A stretch of 64,000 nt of DNA from positions 120,156,001 to 120,220,000 of the forward strand of contig OZ024741.1 of NCBI GenBank assembly GCA_964016885.1, given 5' to 3'. Positions 12,700 through 28,000 of this stretch are shown in pieces. The DNA comes from Eledone cirrhosa (taxonomy: Eukaryota). Every line of letters begins with the position of its first letter. Position 1 is the stretch's first letter. The notes under the pieces were generated by a model, which saw only the letters and a program-made list of their open reading frames with translations, searched no databases and had not been told where the DNA came from. The position numbers were made by a program, and so were the translations under genes.

Positions 12700-12868
12700 G
12701 TATGTATGTATGTATGTATGTATGTATGTATGTATGTATGTATGTATGTATGTATGTATGTATGTATGTATGTATTTATGCATGTATGCATGTATGCATG
12801 TATGCATGTATGTATGAATGTATGTATTTATGTATGCATGTATGTATGTATTTATGTATGTATGTATG
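12700..12868. repeat. (TATG)n microsatellite
   Basis: Direct reading. Confidence 0.95.
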
Positions 12869-12869
12869 T

Positions 12870-13510
12870 TAGAATCTAACCTTTCTGAAAATGGACTACT
12901 GCATATGTGGCGGCTTTACATTTTTCTTGCAGGGGCGAAATGCTCAAGAAAATAAAGAATCGTGAGTGGGTTTCACTGTCCGCACGAGTCTAGTTTACAA
13001 ACAAACAGAGATTCCACTTTGGATCGATGGCAGTCTGATGACTTTGCGGCTATTATTCCTTTAAAGTGGCAGGCATGTCAGTATTATTGGTCTATATGCT
13101 CCAAAACTTGGCAATGATGAGGTAATACAGACAAAGTTTTATGAATCATTAAGGAATACTCTGCATTCAGTTCCACGTGGTGACAAAATAATTTATCTGG
13201 GAGGTATTAATGCACGTCTGGAGAAAGGTTGGGAGATGTGGAGTTGTCTTGGAAGGTATTTATTTGGGAAAGCTAATAGTTACGTCCTGCTTCTGCTGAA
13301 GCTCTTTACTGAGATCAACCTGTATATCTCAAACACACACTTCAAGCATAGAGTGGATCATATTGCAGCTTGGATATACCCAGGTTCCAGACAGTGAAAT
13401 TTTATTGATTATTTAATTGTTCGCAAACGTGACACTCGGGATGCCTGTAATGTCCGTTTTATGCTGAGTGCTGTACTGACCAGTTTGGTAAGAGTAAAAA
13501 TACATTTAGT
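12870..13510 (+). pseudogene. RTE-clade LINE APE endonuclease relic
   Basis: Manual translation from 13080: SIIGLYAPKLGNDEVIQTKFYESLRNTLHSVPRGDKIIYLGGINARL...NLYISNTHFKH...WIYPGSRQ*NFIDYLIVRKRD. Confidence 0.8.
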
Positions 13511-13539
13511 AAAGCATGTTCTGGCTTTATTATTTAAAC

Positions 13540-14025
13540 AAATCCCGCTGATGTTAACTTTGCCTTTCATCCTTACGGGGTCGATAAAATAAAGTACCAG
13601 TAATGCACTGGGTAATTGCTGGCCTTGTGCCAAAAGTAGAAACAATTATTTAAATATGTAATGGCGGTGGATTGGCAGTATCGGTAGAGGGTCGGACGCC
13701 ATGCTTTGCAGTATAGATTTATGGACCTTTACGTTCTGAGTTCAAATCCCACCGAGGTTAACTTTGCCTTTCATCCTTACGGGATAGATTAAATAAAGTA
13801 CCAGTAATGTACTGCGATAATTTCTGGCCTTGTGCCAAAAGTAGAAACAATTATTTAAGTAAGTATGATGTTAATAAATTAGCCGTATCAGTAGAGAGTC
13901 GGACAACCTTTTGCGGTATCTGACTTCAAATCACGCCAAGGTTAGCTTTGCTTTTCATCCTTATGGGATAAAATCGACTTTCCCATTCAAATGTCTGGCC
14001 TTGTGCCATAAGTAGAAATAATTAT
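13540..14025 (+). mobile_element. Tandem of three SINE copies (5'-truncated 13540-13650, full 13663-13856, degenerate 13870-14025)
   Basis: Repeated ttaactttgcctttcatccttacggg...ggccttgtgcca..agtagaaa; B-box-like gagttcaaatccc. Confidence 0.85.
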
Positions 14026-14164
14026 TTCTGTATGTGTGTATTTATATGTATGTATGTATAATTGTATTGGATGTATGTATGTATAATTGTATGGATGTAT
14101 GCATGTATGTATGCAAGTAGTTAGGTAGCTGTAAGTGTACGTATGTATGAATAAATGCTTGTAT

Positions 14165-14510
14165 GTATTTTGTTTTTCTCTGTGGAACAAGAGAATCCTA
14201 GTCTTCATTAAGACATCTCTCTAGAAGACCACTCTGATATAAAACCTGCGTTTGCATCCAATGATGTAGACCAGTTCTACTTTTTGGGTAATGCATTCGA
14301 TGTTCAAAGAGTGTAATTGGTCCCGTGCAAAGTCTTATCTCACTTAAAAAAGCTTCAAGCACAGGCATCACTTGATATGTGACATTTTTTGCGATGCATA
14401 GTATTGTTGGCCATAGACAAGGCCCTAGCAGGACTAAAAAGACACGTCCGTGACGCTCATGATTAAGTATCAAGCGATGGCATTACTCGAAATCGAGTTA
14501 CAGTCATCAT
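14165..14510 (+). mobile_element. LINE 3'-end fragment (RTE-like, C2H2 remnant, hairpin, (TATG)n tail); paralog at 60380-60715
   Basis: Clear similarity to 60380-60715; plus frame ends KALAGLKRHVRDAHD*; ctcgaaatcgag hairpin followed by gtatgtat. Confidence 0.65.
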
Positions 14511-14780
14511 GTATGTATTTTCTTCTGGTTTTATAATTTTATAAATTTTTACCAATAAAGAGAGAGTCGGTTTCTAACATAGACACAAGACTCTCTCATT
14601 GGAATTTAAACAACATCAACTAGGTAGATAGGTATGCATGTCTGCATGCATGAATGTGTGTGCAGGTATGGATGTTATTGCATGTGTGGATATGTATGTT
14701 TTTAGTTATATGAGTACATGTACATATGCTTTGTATCTGTACATGCAGTGTACATGCAGTTATTAGATGCAGAATTTTTT

Positions 14781-17060
<2,280 letters not shown>

Positions 17061-17079
17061 GCCGAACTGTATGTATGTA

Positions 17080-17403
17080 CGTAGGCAAGTAGGCAAGTAG
17101 GTATGTTGGTAGGTCGGTAAGTAGGTAGGTAGGTAGGTAGTAGGTATTATGTAGGTAGGTATGTAAGTATGTAGGTAGGTAAGTAGGTAGGTAGGTAGGT
17201 ATGTAGGTAGCAAGGTATGTAGGTAGGTAGATAAGTAGGTAGGTAGGTAGGTAGGTAGGTAGGTAGGTAAGTATGTAGGTAGGTAGGTAGGTAAATAGGT
17301 AAGTAGGTAATAGTAAGTAAGTAGGCAGGTAAGTAGGTAGGCAGGTAAGTAAGTAGGTAGGTAGGTAAGTAGGTAGGTAGGCAGGTAGGTAGGTAGGTAG
17401 GTA
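17080..17403. repeat. (TAGG)n microsatellite
   Basis: Direct reading. Confidence 0.93.
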
Positions 17404-17409
17404 GCTATA

Positions 17410-17606
17410 GGCAGAAGGCCAGTAATTTGGGTGGAGGGGAAAGTTGATTAAATCGACACCAGTACGTTACTGGTGCTTTATTTTATCGACCTCGTAAGAA
17501 TGAAAAGCAAAGTTAACCTCGGTGGTATTTGAACTCAGACAGTAAAGGGCCGTAACTCTATGCTGCAAAGCATGGCGCCTGACCCTCTACCGATTCTGCC
17601 AATCCA
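17410..17606 (-). mobile_element. SINE copy
   Basis: ttttatcgacctcgtaagaatgaaaagcaaagttaacctcgg...tttgaactcag...ctgccaatcc. Confidence 0.82.
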
Positions 17607-18454
17607 AAGCACTAAGTACTAAGAATATAATAACAAGGATTTTCAGTTCTGGCTTAGGACACACTTTCATTTTTAATTAGCAATATATATGACCATGTCA
17701 TCTTTTTACTTTCAGCTCCACAAATACTTTCATCTAAAATTCAATTACTACATATTTAATGATGACTTGTTTGTAGAAAGATAGAAGGAAGAGTCGCACA
17801 GTGTGTTTTCTAGGTATCAAATAACTTCTATTATAGCCTTGTGACTGGAATTTGGTAGAGGGGAACTATACGGAAGCTCGTTTTATATGCACATATATAA
17901 ATATATATGTGTGTGTGTTTGCGTGTGCTTAAGTGTGTAAGTGCGTGTGTGTGTGTTTGTGTATGCATGTGTGTGTATTTACAGTGTGTTTATGATGAGT
18001 AAATTTGTGGTTCGATAAAACAAATAGCAATCAAAACATGGCCGCAATTAACTGATTAATACTAGTAATAGAATATAAGAAAGAATATATAGATTGTAAT
18101 TGAAATAATTTATGCATTATATTTGTAATTCAAAATGGCAGAATCATTAAAGGCTTCAGTCTGCCGGATGGAATGTTAATGACACCCTTCTTATCAACAC
18201 CAATAAGACAAAGTAAACAAGCCTAAAATACGTTTTACTTTCGCATTTGTTATGATAATAATATATAACTCACCACTAGAATGAAGCGGGCGACTGTTTA
18301 AAATGGCAAATACTTTGGTAAATTGATAAATTCTTTCTTGGACTGCTGAGGAAGAAATTGATAGTGCTAACGGTTTTATTACATAATACATGCAAACAAA
18401 AACAGAACTCCTAGGGTTTACACATGGCTAAGCATTATTATTTGTATTATATAA

Positions 18455-18650
18455 GGGCGGTGGATTGGCAGTATTGGTAGAGGGTCGGACGCCATGCTTT
18501 GACGTATAGAGTTACGGCCCTTGCCATTCCGAGTTCAAATCCCGCCAAGGTTAACTTTGCCTTTCATCCTTACGGGGTCGATAAAATAAAGTACCAGTAA
18601 TGCACTGGGTAATTGCTGGCCTTGTGCCTAACGTAGAAACAATTATTATT
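18455..18650 (+). mobile_element. SINE copy, full length, (ATT)n tail
   Basis: ggcggtggattggcagtattggtagagggtcggacg...gagttcaaatcccgcc...gtcgataaaataaagtaccag...gtagaaacaattattatt. Confidence 0.88.
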
Positions 18651-18879
18651 ATAATTATTAGTAGTAGTAGTAGTAGTAGTAGATATTTATGCACGTGTGA
18701 TAATAAATAAATATACAAAGCATACTATTATAATGAAGTGAGAGGCTGTTAGAAAGGGCGGATATTTCGATAGATTGATAAATTCTTTTGTGGGCCAACA
18801 AAATAAGCCCCGGGTTCACACGTGGTTAAGTCGGAAAATGAGTAAAAGAATAGCAATAAGAGAGTGGCGCCTGGGGAAT

Positions 18880-19070
18880 ATAATTGTTTCTACTTTTGGC
18901 ACAAGGCCAGCAATTACTCCAATGCATTACTGGTGTTTCATTTTATCAACCTCATAAGGATGAAAGGTAAGGTTAACGTGGGCGGGATTTGAACCCATAA
19001 CATAAAGGGCCATAACTCTATGCTGTAAAGGACGGTGTCTGACGCTCTACCGATACTGCCAATCCACTGT
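18880..19070 (-). mobile_element. SINE copy, inverted relative to 18455-18650
   Basis: Reverse complement of the family consensus. Confidence 0.85.
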
Positions 19071-22000
19071 ATAATATGTATTATAAACCGTATCTTTCGA
19101 ATATTTACATTACCAAGGTTATCTCATGTTCAAATGTAACAGAGTAAAATAGGTTAGACTATCATAGATACTACTTTGGTAAAGATACTAGTTGCCATGA
19201 ATTATATAGTTGGCATTGTTGGTGTTGCTGTTGTTGTTGCTGTTGGTGTTTGTGCTGGTGTTGTTTCTAGTTTTTAAGTTGGTGTTGTTGCTAATGTTGA
19301 TGTTGGTGTTGTTGGTGATGATGATGCTGGTATGGAAGTTGCCGTTGGTACTGGTGGATTTGGTGCTGCTATTGGCATTGCTGTTGGTGTTGTTGGTGTT
19401 GGTGGGGGTGGAGGTGGTGTGGGGGCGTGGGGGGGGGGGGGGGCATTGGTGTTGGTGGTGTTGGTGTTTGTGGTGTTGGTGGTGGTATTGGTGTTGGTGT
19501 TGGTGTTGGTGGTGGTGTTGGTGTTCTTGGTGTTGGTATTGGTGTTGGTGGTGTTGGTGGTGTTGGTGTTGGTGTTGGTGTTGGTGGTGTTGGTGTTGGT
19601 GTTGTTGGTGTTGGTGTTGGTGGTGTTGGTGTTGGTGTTGGTGTTGGTGGTGTTGGTGTTGGTGGTCGTGGTGTTGGTGTTGGTGGTGTTGGTGTTGGTG
19701 TTGGTGGTGTTGGTGTTGGTGGTGGTGGTGTTGGTGTTGGTGGTGTTGGTGTTGGTGTTGGTGGTGTTGGTGTTGGTGGTGTTGGTGTTGGTGTTGGTGG
19801 TGTTGGTGTTGTTGGTGTTGGTATTGGTGGGGTTGGTGTTGGTGCTGGTGTTGGTAGTGTTGGTGGTGTTGGTGTTGGTGTTGGTGTTGGTGTTGGTGTT
19901 GGTGGTGTTGGTGTTGGTGGTGTTGGTGTTGGTGGTGTTGGTGTTGGTTTTGGATTTGGTGTTGGTGTTGGTTTTGTTGGTGTTGGTATTGGTGTTGGTG
20001 GTGTTGGTGTTGGTGGTGGTGGTGTTGGTGTTGGTGGTGTTGGTGTTGGTGTTGGTGGTGTTGGTGTTGGTGGTGTTGGTGTTGGTGTTGGTGGTGTTGG
20101 TGTTGTTGGTGTTGGTATTGGTGGGGTTGGTGTTGGTGCTGGTGTTGGTAGTGTTGGTGGTGTTGGTGTTGGTGTTGGTGTTGGTGGTGTTGGTGTTGGT
20201 GGTGTTGGTGTTGGTGTTGGTGGTGTTGGTGTTGGTTTTGGATTTGGTGTTGGTGTTGGTGGTGTTGGTGTTGGTTTTGTTGGTGTTGGTATTGGTGTTG
20301 GTGTTGTTGGTGTTGGTATTGGTGGTGTTTGTGTTGGTGGTGTTGGTGTTGGTATTGGTGTTGGTGTTGGTGGTGTTGGTGGTGTTGGTGTTGGTGTTGG
20401 TGTTGTTGGTGTTGGTATTGGTGTTGGTGTTGTTGGTCTTGGTATTGGTGTTGGTGTTGGTGGTGTTGGTGTTGTTGGTGTTGGTGTTGGTATTGGTGTT
20501 GTTTGTGTTGGTGGTGTTGGTGTTGTTGGTGTTGGTGTTGCTATTGGTGTTGTTTGTGTTGGTGGTGTTGGTGTTGGTGTTGGTGTTGATATTGTTGTTG
20601 GTATTGGTGGTGATGGTGGTGTTGGTGGTGTTGGTGGTGTTGGTGTTGTTGGTGTTGGTGGTGTTGGTGTTGGTGTTTGTGTTTGTGGTGTTGGTGTTGG
20701 TGTTGGTGTTGGTGTTGGTGTTGTTGGTGTTGGTGGTGTTGGTGTTTGTGTTTGTGGTGTTGGTGTTGGTGGTGGTGGTGGTGTTGGTGGTGGTGTTGGT
20801 GGTGTTGGTGTTGGTGTTGGTGTTGGTGTTGGTGTTGGTTGTGTTGGTGTTGGTGGTGTTGTTTGTGTTGGTGTTGTTGGTGTTGGTGGTGTTGGTGTTG
20901 GTGTTAGTGTTGGTGTTGGTGTTGGTGTTGTTGGTGTTGGTGTTGGTGTTGGTGGTGTTGGTGTTGGTGGTGTTGGTGATGGTGGTCTTGGTGTTGGTGG
21001 TGGTGGTGTTGGTGTTGGTGTTGGTGTTGGATTTGGATTTGGTGTTGGTGTTGGTGGTGTTGGTGTTGGTGGTGTTGGTGTTGGTGTTGGTGGTGTTGGT
21101 GTTGTTGGTGTTGGTGTTGGTGTTGGTGGTGTTGGTGTTGTTGGTGTTGGTGTTGGTGTTGGTGGTGTTGGTGTTGTTGCTGTTGGTATTGGTGGTGTTG
21201 GTGTTGTTGGTGTTGGTGTTGGTGTTGGTGTTGTTGGTGTTTGTGGTGTTGTTGGTGTTGGTGTTGGTGTTTTGGTGTTGGTGTTTGTGTTGGTGTTTGT
21301 GTTGGTATTGTTGGTGTTGGTGTTGGTGGTGTTGGTGTTGGTGGTGTTGGTGTTTGTGATGTTGGTGTTTGTGGTGTTGGTGTTGGTGGTGGTGTTAGTG
21401 TTGGTGGTGTTGGTGTTGGTGTTGGTGTTGGTGTTGGTGTTGTTGGTGTTGGTGTTTGTGTTGTTGGTGTTGGTGTTGGTGTTGGTGTTGGAGGTGGTGT
21501 TGGTGTTGGTGGTGTTGGTGTTGGTGTTGGTGTTGGTGTTGGTGGTGTTGGTGTTGTTGGTGTTGGTGTTTGCTGGTGTTGGTGTTGGTGTTGGTGGTGG
21601 TGTTGGTGTTGGTGTTGTTGGTGTTGGTGTTGGTGTTGTTGGTGTTGTTGGTGTTTGTGGTGTTGGTGTTGGCGTTGGTGGTAGTGTTGGTGTTGGTGGT
21701 GTTGGTGTTGGTGTTGGTGTTGGTGTTGGTGTTGGTGGTGTTGGTAGGGTTGGTGTTGGTGTTGGTGGTGTTGGTGTTGGTGGTGTTGGTGTTGGTGTTG
21801 GTGTTGTTGGTGTTGGTATTGGTGGTGTTGGTGTTGGTGTTGGTGTTGTTGGTGTTGGTATTGGTGTTGTTGGTGTTGGTATTGGTGTTGTTGGTGTTGG
21901 TATTGGTGTTGGTGTTGGTGGTGTTGGTATTGGTGGTGTTTGTGTTGGTCGTGTTGGTGTTAGTGTTGGTGTTGCTGGTGTTGGTATTGGTGTTGGTGTT

Positions 22001-25000
22001 TGTGGCGTTGGTGTTGTTGGTATTGGTGTTGGTGTTGTTGGTTTTGGTGGTGCTGGTGTTGGTCGTGTTGGTGGTGTTGGTGTTGGTGCTGTTGGTGTTG
22101 TTGGTGTTGGTATTGGTGTTGGTGGTGTTGGTGTTGGATTTGGATTTGGTGTTGGTGTTGGTGGTGTTGGTGTTGGTGTTGGTGTTGGTGGTGTTGGTGG
22201 TGTTGGTGGTGGTGTTGGTGTTGGTGTTGGTGTTGTTGGTGTTGGTGTTGGATTTGGATTTGGTATTGGTGTTGGTAGTGTTGGTGTTGGTGGTGTTGGT
22301 GTTGGTGTTGGTGTTGGTGGTGTTGGTGTTGTTTGTGTTGGTGGTGTTGGTGTTGGTGTTGGTGTTGATATTGTTGTTGGTGTTGGTGGTGATGGTGTTG
22401 GTGTTGCTGGTATTGTTGGTGTTGGTGTTGTTGGTGTTGGTGGTGTTGGTGTTGGTGTTGGTGTTGGTGTTGTTGGTGTTAGTGTTGTTGGTGTTGGTGG
22501 TGTTGGTGTTGGTGTTAGTGTTTGTGTTGGTGTTGGTGGTGGTGGTGTTGGTGTTGGTGTTGGTGGTGTTGGTGTTGGTGTTGGTGTTGGATTTGGATTT
22601 GGTGTTGCTGTTGGTGGTGTTGGTGTTGGTGGTGTTGGTGTTGGTGTTGGTGGTGTTGGTGTTGTTGGTGTTGGTGTTCGTGTTGGTGGTGTTGGTGTTG
22701 TTGGTGTTGGTGTTGGTGTTGGTGGTGTTGGTGTTGTTGCTGTTGGTATTGGTGGTGTTGGTGTTGTTGGTGTTGGTGTTGGTGTTGGTGTTGTTGGTGT
22801 TTGTGGTGGTGTTGGTGTTGGTGTTGTTAGTGTTGGTGGTGTTGGTGTTGGTGTTTGTGTTGGTGTTTGTGTTGGTATTGTTGGTGTTGGTGTTGGTGTT
22901 TTGGTGTTGGTGTTGGTGGTGTTGGTGTTGGTGGTGTTGGTGTTTGTGATGTTGGTGTTTGTGGTGTTAGTGTTGGTGGTGTTGGTGTTGGTGTTGGTGT
23001 TGGTGTTGGTGTTGTTGGTGTTGGTGTTTGTGTTGTTGGTGTTGGTGTTGTTGTTGGTGTTGGAGGTGTTGGTATTGGTGGTGTTGGTGTTGGAGGTGGT
23101 GTTGGTGTTGGTGGTGTTGGTGTTGTTGGTGTTGGTGTTTGCTGGTGTTGGTGTTGGTGTTGGTGGTGGTGTTGGTGTTGGTGGTGTTGGTGTTGGTGTT
23201 GGTGGTGTTGGTGTTGGTGTTGGTGTTGTTGGTGTTGTTGGTGTTGGTGTTTGTGGTGTTGGTGTTGGCGTTGGTGGTAGTGTTGGTGTTGGTGGTGTTG
23301 ATGTTGGTGTTGGTGTTGGTGTTGGTGGTGTTGGTAGGGTTGGTGTTGGTGTTGGTGGTGTTGGTGTTGGTGGTGCTGGTGTTGGTGTTGGTGTTGTTGG
23401 TGTTGGTATTGGTGGTGTTGGTGTTGGTGTTGGTGTTGTTGGTGTTGGTATTGGTGTTGTTGGTGTTGGTGTTGGTGTTGTTGGTGTTGGTATTGGTGTT
23501 GGTGTTGGTTGTGTTGGTATTGGTGGTGTTTGTGTTGGTGGTGTTGGTGGTGTTGGTGTTAGTGTTGGTGTTGCTGGTGTTGGTATTGGTGTTGGTGTTT
23601 GTGGCGTTGGTGTTGTTGGTGTTGGTGTTGGTGTTGTTTGTGTTGGTGGTGTTGGTGTTGGTGTTGTTGGTTTTGGTGGTGCTGGTGTTGGTCGTGTTGG
23701 TGGTGTTGGTGTTGGTGCTGTTGGTGTTGTTGGTGTTGGTATTGGTGTTGGTGGTGTTGGTGTTGGTGTTGGATTTGGATTTGGTGTTGGTGTTGGTGGT
23801 GTTGGTGTTGGTGTTGGCGTTGGTGTTGGTGGTGTTGGTGGTGTTGGTGGTGGTGTTGGTGTTGGTGTTGGTGTTGTTGGTGTTGGTGTTGGATTTGGAT
23901 TTGGTATTGGTGTTGGTAGTGTTGGTGTTGGTGGTGTTGGTGTTGGTGTTGGTGTTGGTGTTGGTGGTGTTGGTGTTGTTTGTGTTGGTGGTGTTGGTGT
24001 TGGTGTTGATATTGTTGTTGGTGTTGGTGGTATTGTTGGTGTTGGTGTTGTTGGTGTTGGTGGTGTTGGTGTTGGTGTTGGTATTGGTGTTGTTGGTGTT
24101 GGTGTTGGTGGTGTTGGTGTTGGTGTTGCTGGTGTTGTTGGTGTTGGTGTTGTTGGTGTTGGTGGTGTTGGTGTTGGTGTTAGTGTTTGTGTTGGTGTTG
24201 GTGGTGGTGGTGTTGGTGTTGGTGTTGGTGGTGTTGGTGTTGGTGTTGGTGTTGGATTTGGATTTGGTGTTGGTGTTGGTGGTGTTGGTGTTGGTGGTGT
24301 TGGTGTTGGTGTTGGTGGTGTTGGTGTTGTTGGTGTTGGTGTTGGTGTTGGTGGTGTTGGTGTTGTTGCTGTTGGTATTGGTGGTGTTGGTGTTGTTGGT
24401 GTTGGTGTTGGTGTTGGTGTTGTTGGTGTTTGTGGTGGTGTTGGTGTTGGTGTTGTTAGTGTTGGTGGTGTTGGTATTGGTGTTTGTGTTGGTGTTTGTG
24501 TTGGTATTGTTGGTGTTGGTGTTGGTGTTTTGGTGTTGGTGTTGGTGGTGTTGGTGTTGGTGGTGTTGGTGTTTGTGATGTTGGTGTTTGTGGCGTTGGT
24601 GTTGGTGGTGGTGTTAGTGTTGGTGGTGTTGGTGTTGGTGTTGGTGTTGGTGTTGGTGTTGTTGGTGTTGGTGTTTGTGTTGTTGGTGTTGGTGTTGGTG
24701 TTGGAGGTGGTGTTGGTGTTGGTGGTGTTGGTGTTGGTGTTGGTGTTGGTGGTGTTGGTGTTGTTGGTGTTGGTGTTTGCTGGTGTTGGTGTTGGTGTTG
24801 GTGGTGGTGTTGGTGTTGGTGGTGTTGGTGTTGGTGTTGGTGTTGTTGGTGTTGTTGGTGTTGGTGTTTGTGGTGTTGGTGTTGGCGTTGGTGGTAGTGT
24901 TGGTGTTGGTGGTGTTGGTGTTGGTGTTGGTGTTGGTGTTGGTGGTGTTGGTAGGGTTGGTGTTGGTGTTGGTGGTGTTGGTGTTGGTGGTGTTGGTGTT

Positions 25001-28000
25001 GGTGTTGGTGTTGTTGGTGTTGGTATTGGTGGTGTTGGTGTTGGTGTTGGTGTTGTTGGTGTTGGTATTGGTGTTGGTGGTGTTGGTGTTGGTGTTGTTG
25101 GTGTTGGTATTGGTGTTGGTGTTGGTTGTGTTGGTATTGGTGGTGTTTGTGTTGGTGGTGTTGGTGGTGTTGGTGTTAGTGTTGGTGTTGCTGGTGTTGG
25201 CATTGGTGTTGGTGTTTGTGGCGTTGGTGTTGTTGGTGTTGGTGTTGGTGTTGTTTGTGTTGGTGGTGTTGGTGTTGGTGTTGTTGGTTTTGGTGGTGCT
25301 GGTGTTGGTCGTGTTGGTGGTGTTGGTGTTGGTGCTGTTGGTGTTGTTGGTGTTGGTATTGGTGTTGGTGGTGTTGGTGTTGGTGTTGGATTTGGATTTG
25401 GTGTTGGTGTTGGTGGTGTTGGTGTTGGTGTTGGCGTTGGTGTTGGTGGTGTTGGTGGTGTTGGTGGTGGTGTTGGTGTTGGTGTTGGTGTTGTTGGTGT
25501 TGTTAGTGTTGGTGTTGGTGTTGGTGTTGATATTGTTGTTGGTGTTGGTGGTGATGGTGTTGGTGTTGCTGGTGTTGTTGGTGTTGGTGTTGTTGGTGTT
25601 GGTGGTGTTGGTGTTGGTGTTGGTGTTGGTGTTGTTGGTGTTGGTGTTGGTGGTGTTGGTGTTGGTGTTGCTGATGTTGTTGGTGTTGGTGTTGTTGGTG
25701 TTGGTGGTGTTGGTGTTGGTGTTAGTGTTTGTGTTGGTGTTGGTGTTGGTGTTGTTGGTGTTGGTGTTGGTGGTGTTGGTGTTGGTGTTGGTGGTGTTGG
25801 TGATGGTGGTGTTGGTATTGGTGGTGGTGGTGTTGGTGTTAGTGTTGGTGTTGGTGGTGTTGGTGTTGGTGGTGTTGGTGTTTGTGGTATTGGTGTTGGT
25901 GGTGTTTGTGTTGGTGGTGTTGGTATTGTTGGTGTTGGTGTTGGTGTTGGTGGTGTTGGTGTTGTTGTTGTTGGTGTTGATGTTGGTGGTGTTGGTGTTG
26001 TTGGTGTTGGTGGTGTTGGTGTTGGTGTTGGTGTTGTTGGTGTTGTTATTGGTGTTGGTGGTATTGCTGTTGGTGTTGCTGTTGGTGTTGGTGTTGGTAT
26101 TATTATTGGTGTTTGTGTTGGTGGTGTTGGTGTTGGTGTTGGTGGTGTTTGTGGTGTTGGTGGTGGTGTTGGTGTTGATGTTGTTGGTGTTGGTACTGGT
26201 GTTGGTGTTGGTGTTGGTGGTGTTGGTGTTGGTGTTGGTGGTGTTGGTGTTGGTGTTGGTGTTGTTGGTGTTGGTGTTGGTATTTGTGGTGTTGGTGTTT
26301 ATGTTTGTGGTGTTGTTGTTGGTGTTGGCGTTGGTGTTGGTGGTGTTGGTGGTGTTGGTGGTGTTGGTGTTGACACTGGTGTTGGTGTTGGTGTTGGTGG
26401 TGTTGGTGTTGGTGTTGGTGGTGTTGGTGTTGGTGTTGGCGTTGGTGTTGGTGGTGTTGTTGGTGTTGGTGGTGGTGTTGGTGTTGGTGTTGGTGTTGTT
26501 GGTGTTGGTGTTGGATTTGGATTTGGTATTGGTGTTGGTAGTGTTGGTGTTGGTGGTGTTGGTGTTGGTGTTGGTGTTGGTGGTGTTGGTGTTGTTTGTG
26601 TTGGTGGTGTTGGTGTTGGTGTTGGTGTTGATATTGTTGTTGGTGTTGGTGGTGATGGTGTTGGTGTTGCTGGTGTTGTTGGTGTTGGTGTTGTTGGTGT
26701 TGGTGGTGTTGGTGTTGGTGTTGGTGTTGGTGTTGTTGGTGTTGGTGTTGGTGGTGTTGGTGTTGGTGTTGCTGGTGTTGTTGGTGTTGGTGTTGTTGGT
26801 GTTGGTGGTGTTGGTGTTGGTGGTGTTGGTGTTGGTGTTGGTGTTGGTGTTGTTGGTGTTGGTGTTGGTGGTGTTGGTGTTGGTGTTGGTGGTGTTGGTG
26901 ATGGTGGTGTTGGTATTGGTCGTGGTGGTGTTGGTGTTAGTGTTGGTGTTGGTGGTGTTGGTGTTGGTGGTGTTGGTGTTGGTGGTGTTGGTGTTGGTGT
27001 TGGTGTTGGTGTTGTTGGTGTTGGTGTTGGTGGTGTTGGTGTTGGTGTTGGTGGTGTTGGTGATGGTGGTGTTGGTATTGGTGGTGGTGGTGTTGGTGTT
27101 AGTGTTGGTGTTGGTGGTGTTGGTGTTGGTGGTGTTGGTGTTTGTGGTATTGGTGTTGGTGGTGTTTGTGTTGGTGGTGTTGGTGTTGGTGTTGGTGGTG
27201 TTGGTGTTGTTGTTGTTTGTGTTGATGTTGGTGGTGTTGGTGTTGTTGGTGTTGGTGGTGTTGGTGTTGGTGTTGGTGTTGTTGGTGTTGTTATTGGTGT
27301 TGGTGGTATTGCTGTTGGTGTTGCTGTTGGTGTTGGTGTTGGTATTATTATTGGTGTTTGTGTTGGTGGTGTTGGTGTTGGTGTTGGTGGTGTTTGTGGT
27401 GTTGGTGGTGGTGTTGGTGTTGATGTTGTTGGTGTTGGTACTGGTGTTGGTGTTGGTGGTGTTGGTGTTGGTGTTGGTGGTGTTGGTGGTGTTGGTGGTG
27501 GTGTTGGTGTTGATGTTGTTGGTACTGGTGTTGGTGTTGGTGTTGGTGGTGTTGGTGTTGGTGTTGGTGTTGTTGGTGGTGTTGGTGGTGGTGTTGGTGT
27601 TGATGTTGTTGGTACTGGTGTTGGTGTTGGTGTTGGTGGTGTTGGTGTTGGTGTTGGTGGTGTTGGTGTTGGTGTTGGTGTTGGTGTTGTTGGTGTTGGT
27701 ATTTGTGGTGTTGGTGTTTATGTTTGTGGTGTTGTTGTTGGTGTTGGTGGTGGTGTTGGTGGTGGTGTTGGTGGTGTTGTTGGTGTTGGTGTTGTTGGTG
27801 TTGGTGTTGGTGGTGTTGGTGTTGGTGGTGTTGTTATTGGTGTTGGTGTTGATAGCGGTATTGGTGTTGGTGTTGGTGTTGGTGTTAGTTTTGGTGTTGG
27901 TGTTGTTGGTGTTGGTGTAGTTGGTGTTGGTGTCGGTGTTGGTGGTGTTGGTGATGGTGGTGTTGGTGTTGGTAGTGGTGGTGTTGGTGTTGTTGTTGGT

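Noticed and set aside
13663-13760. tRNA gene
   Set aside because: The A/B-box-like head runs into a SINE body repeated more than ten times in the window; no complete cloverleaf seen
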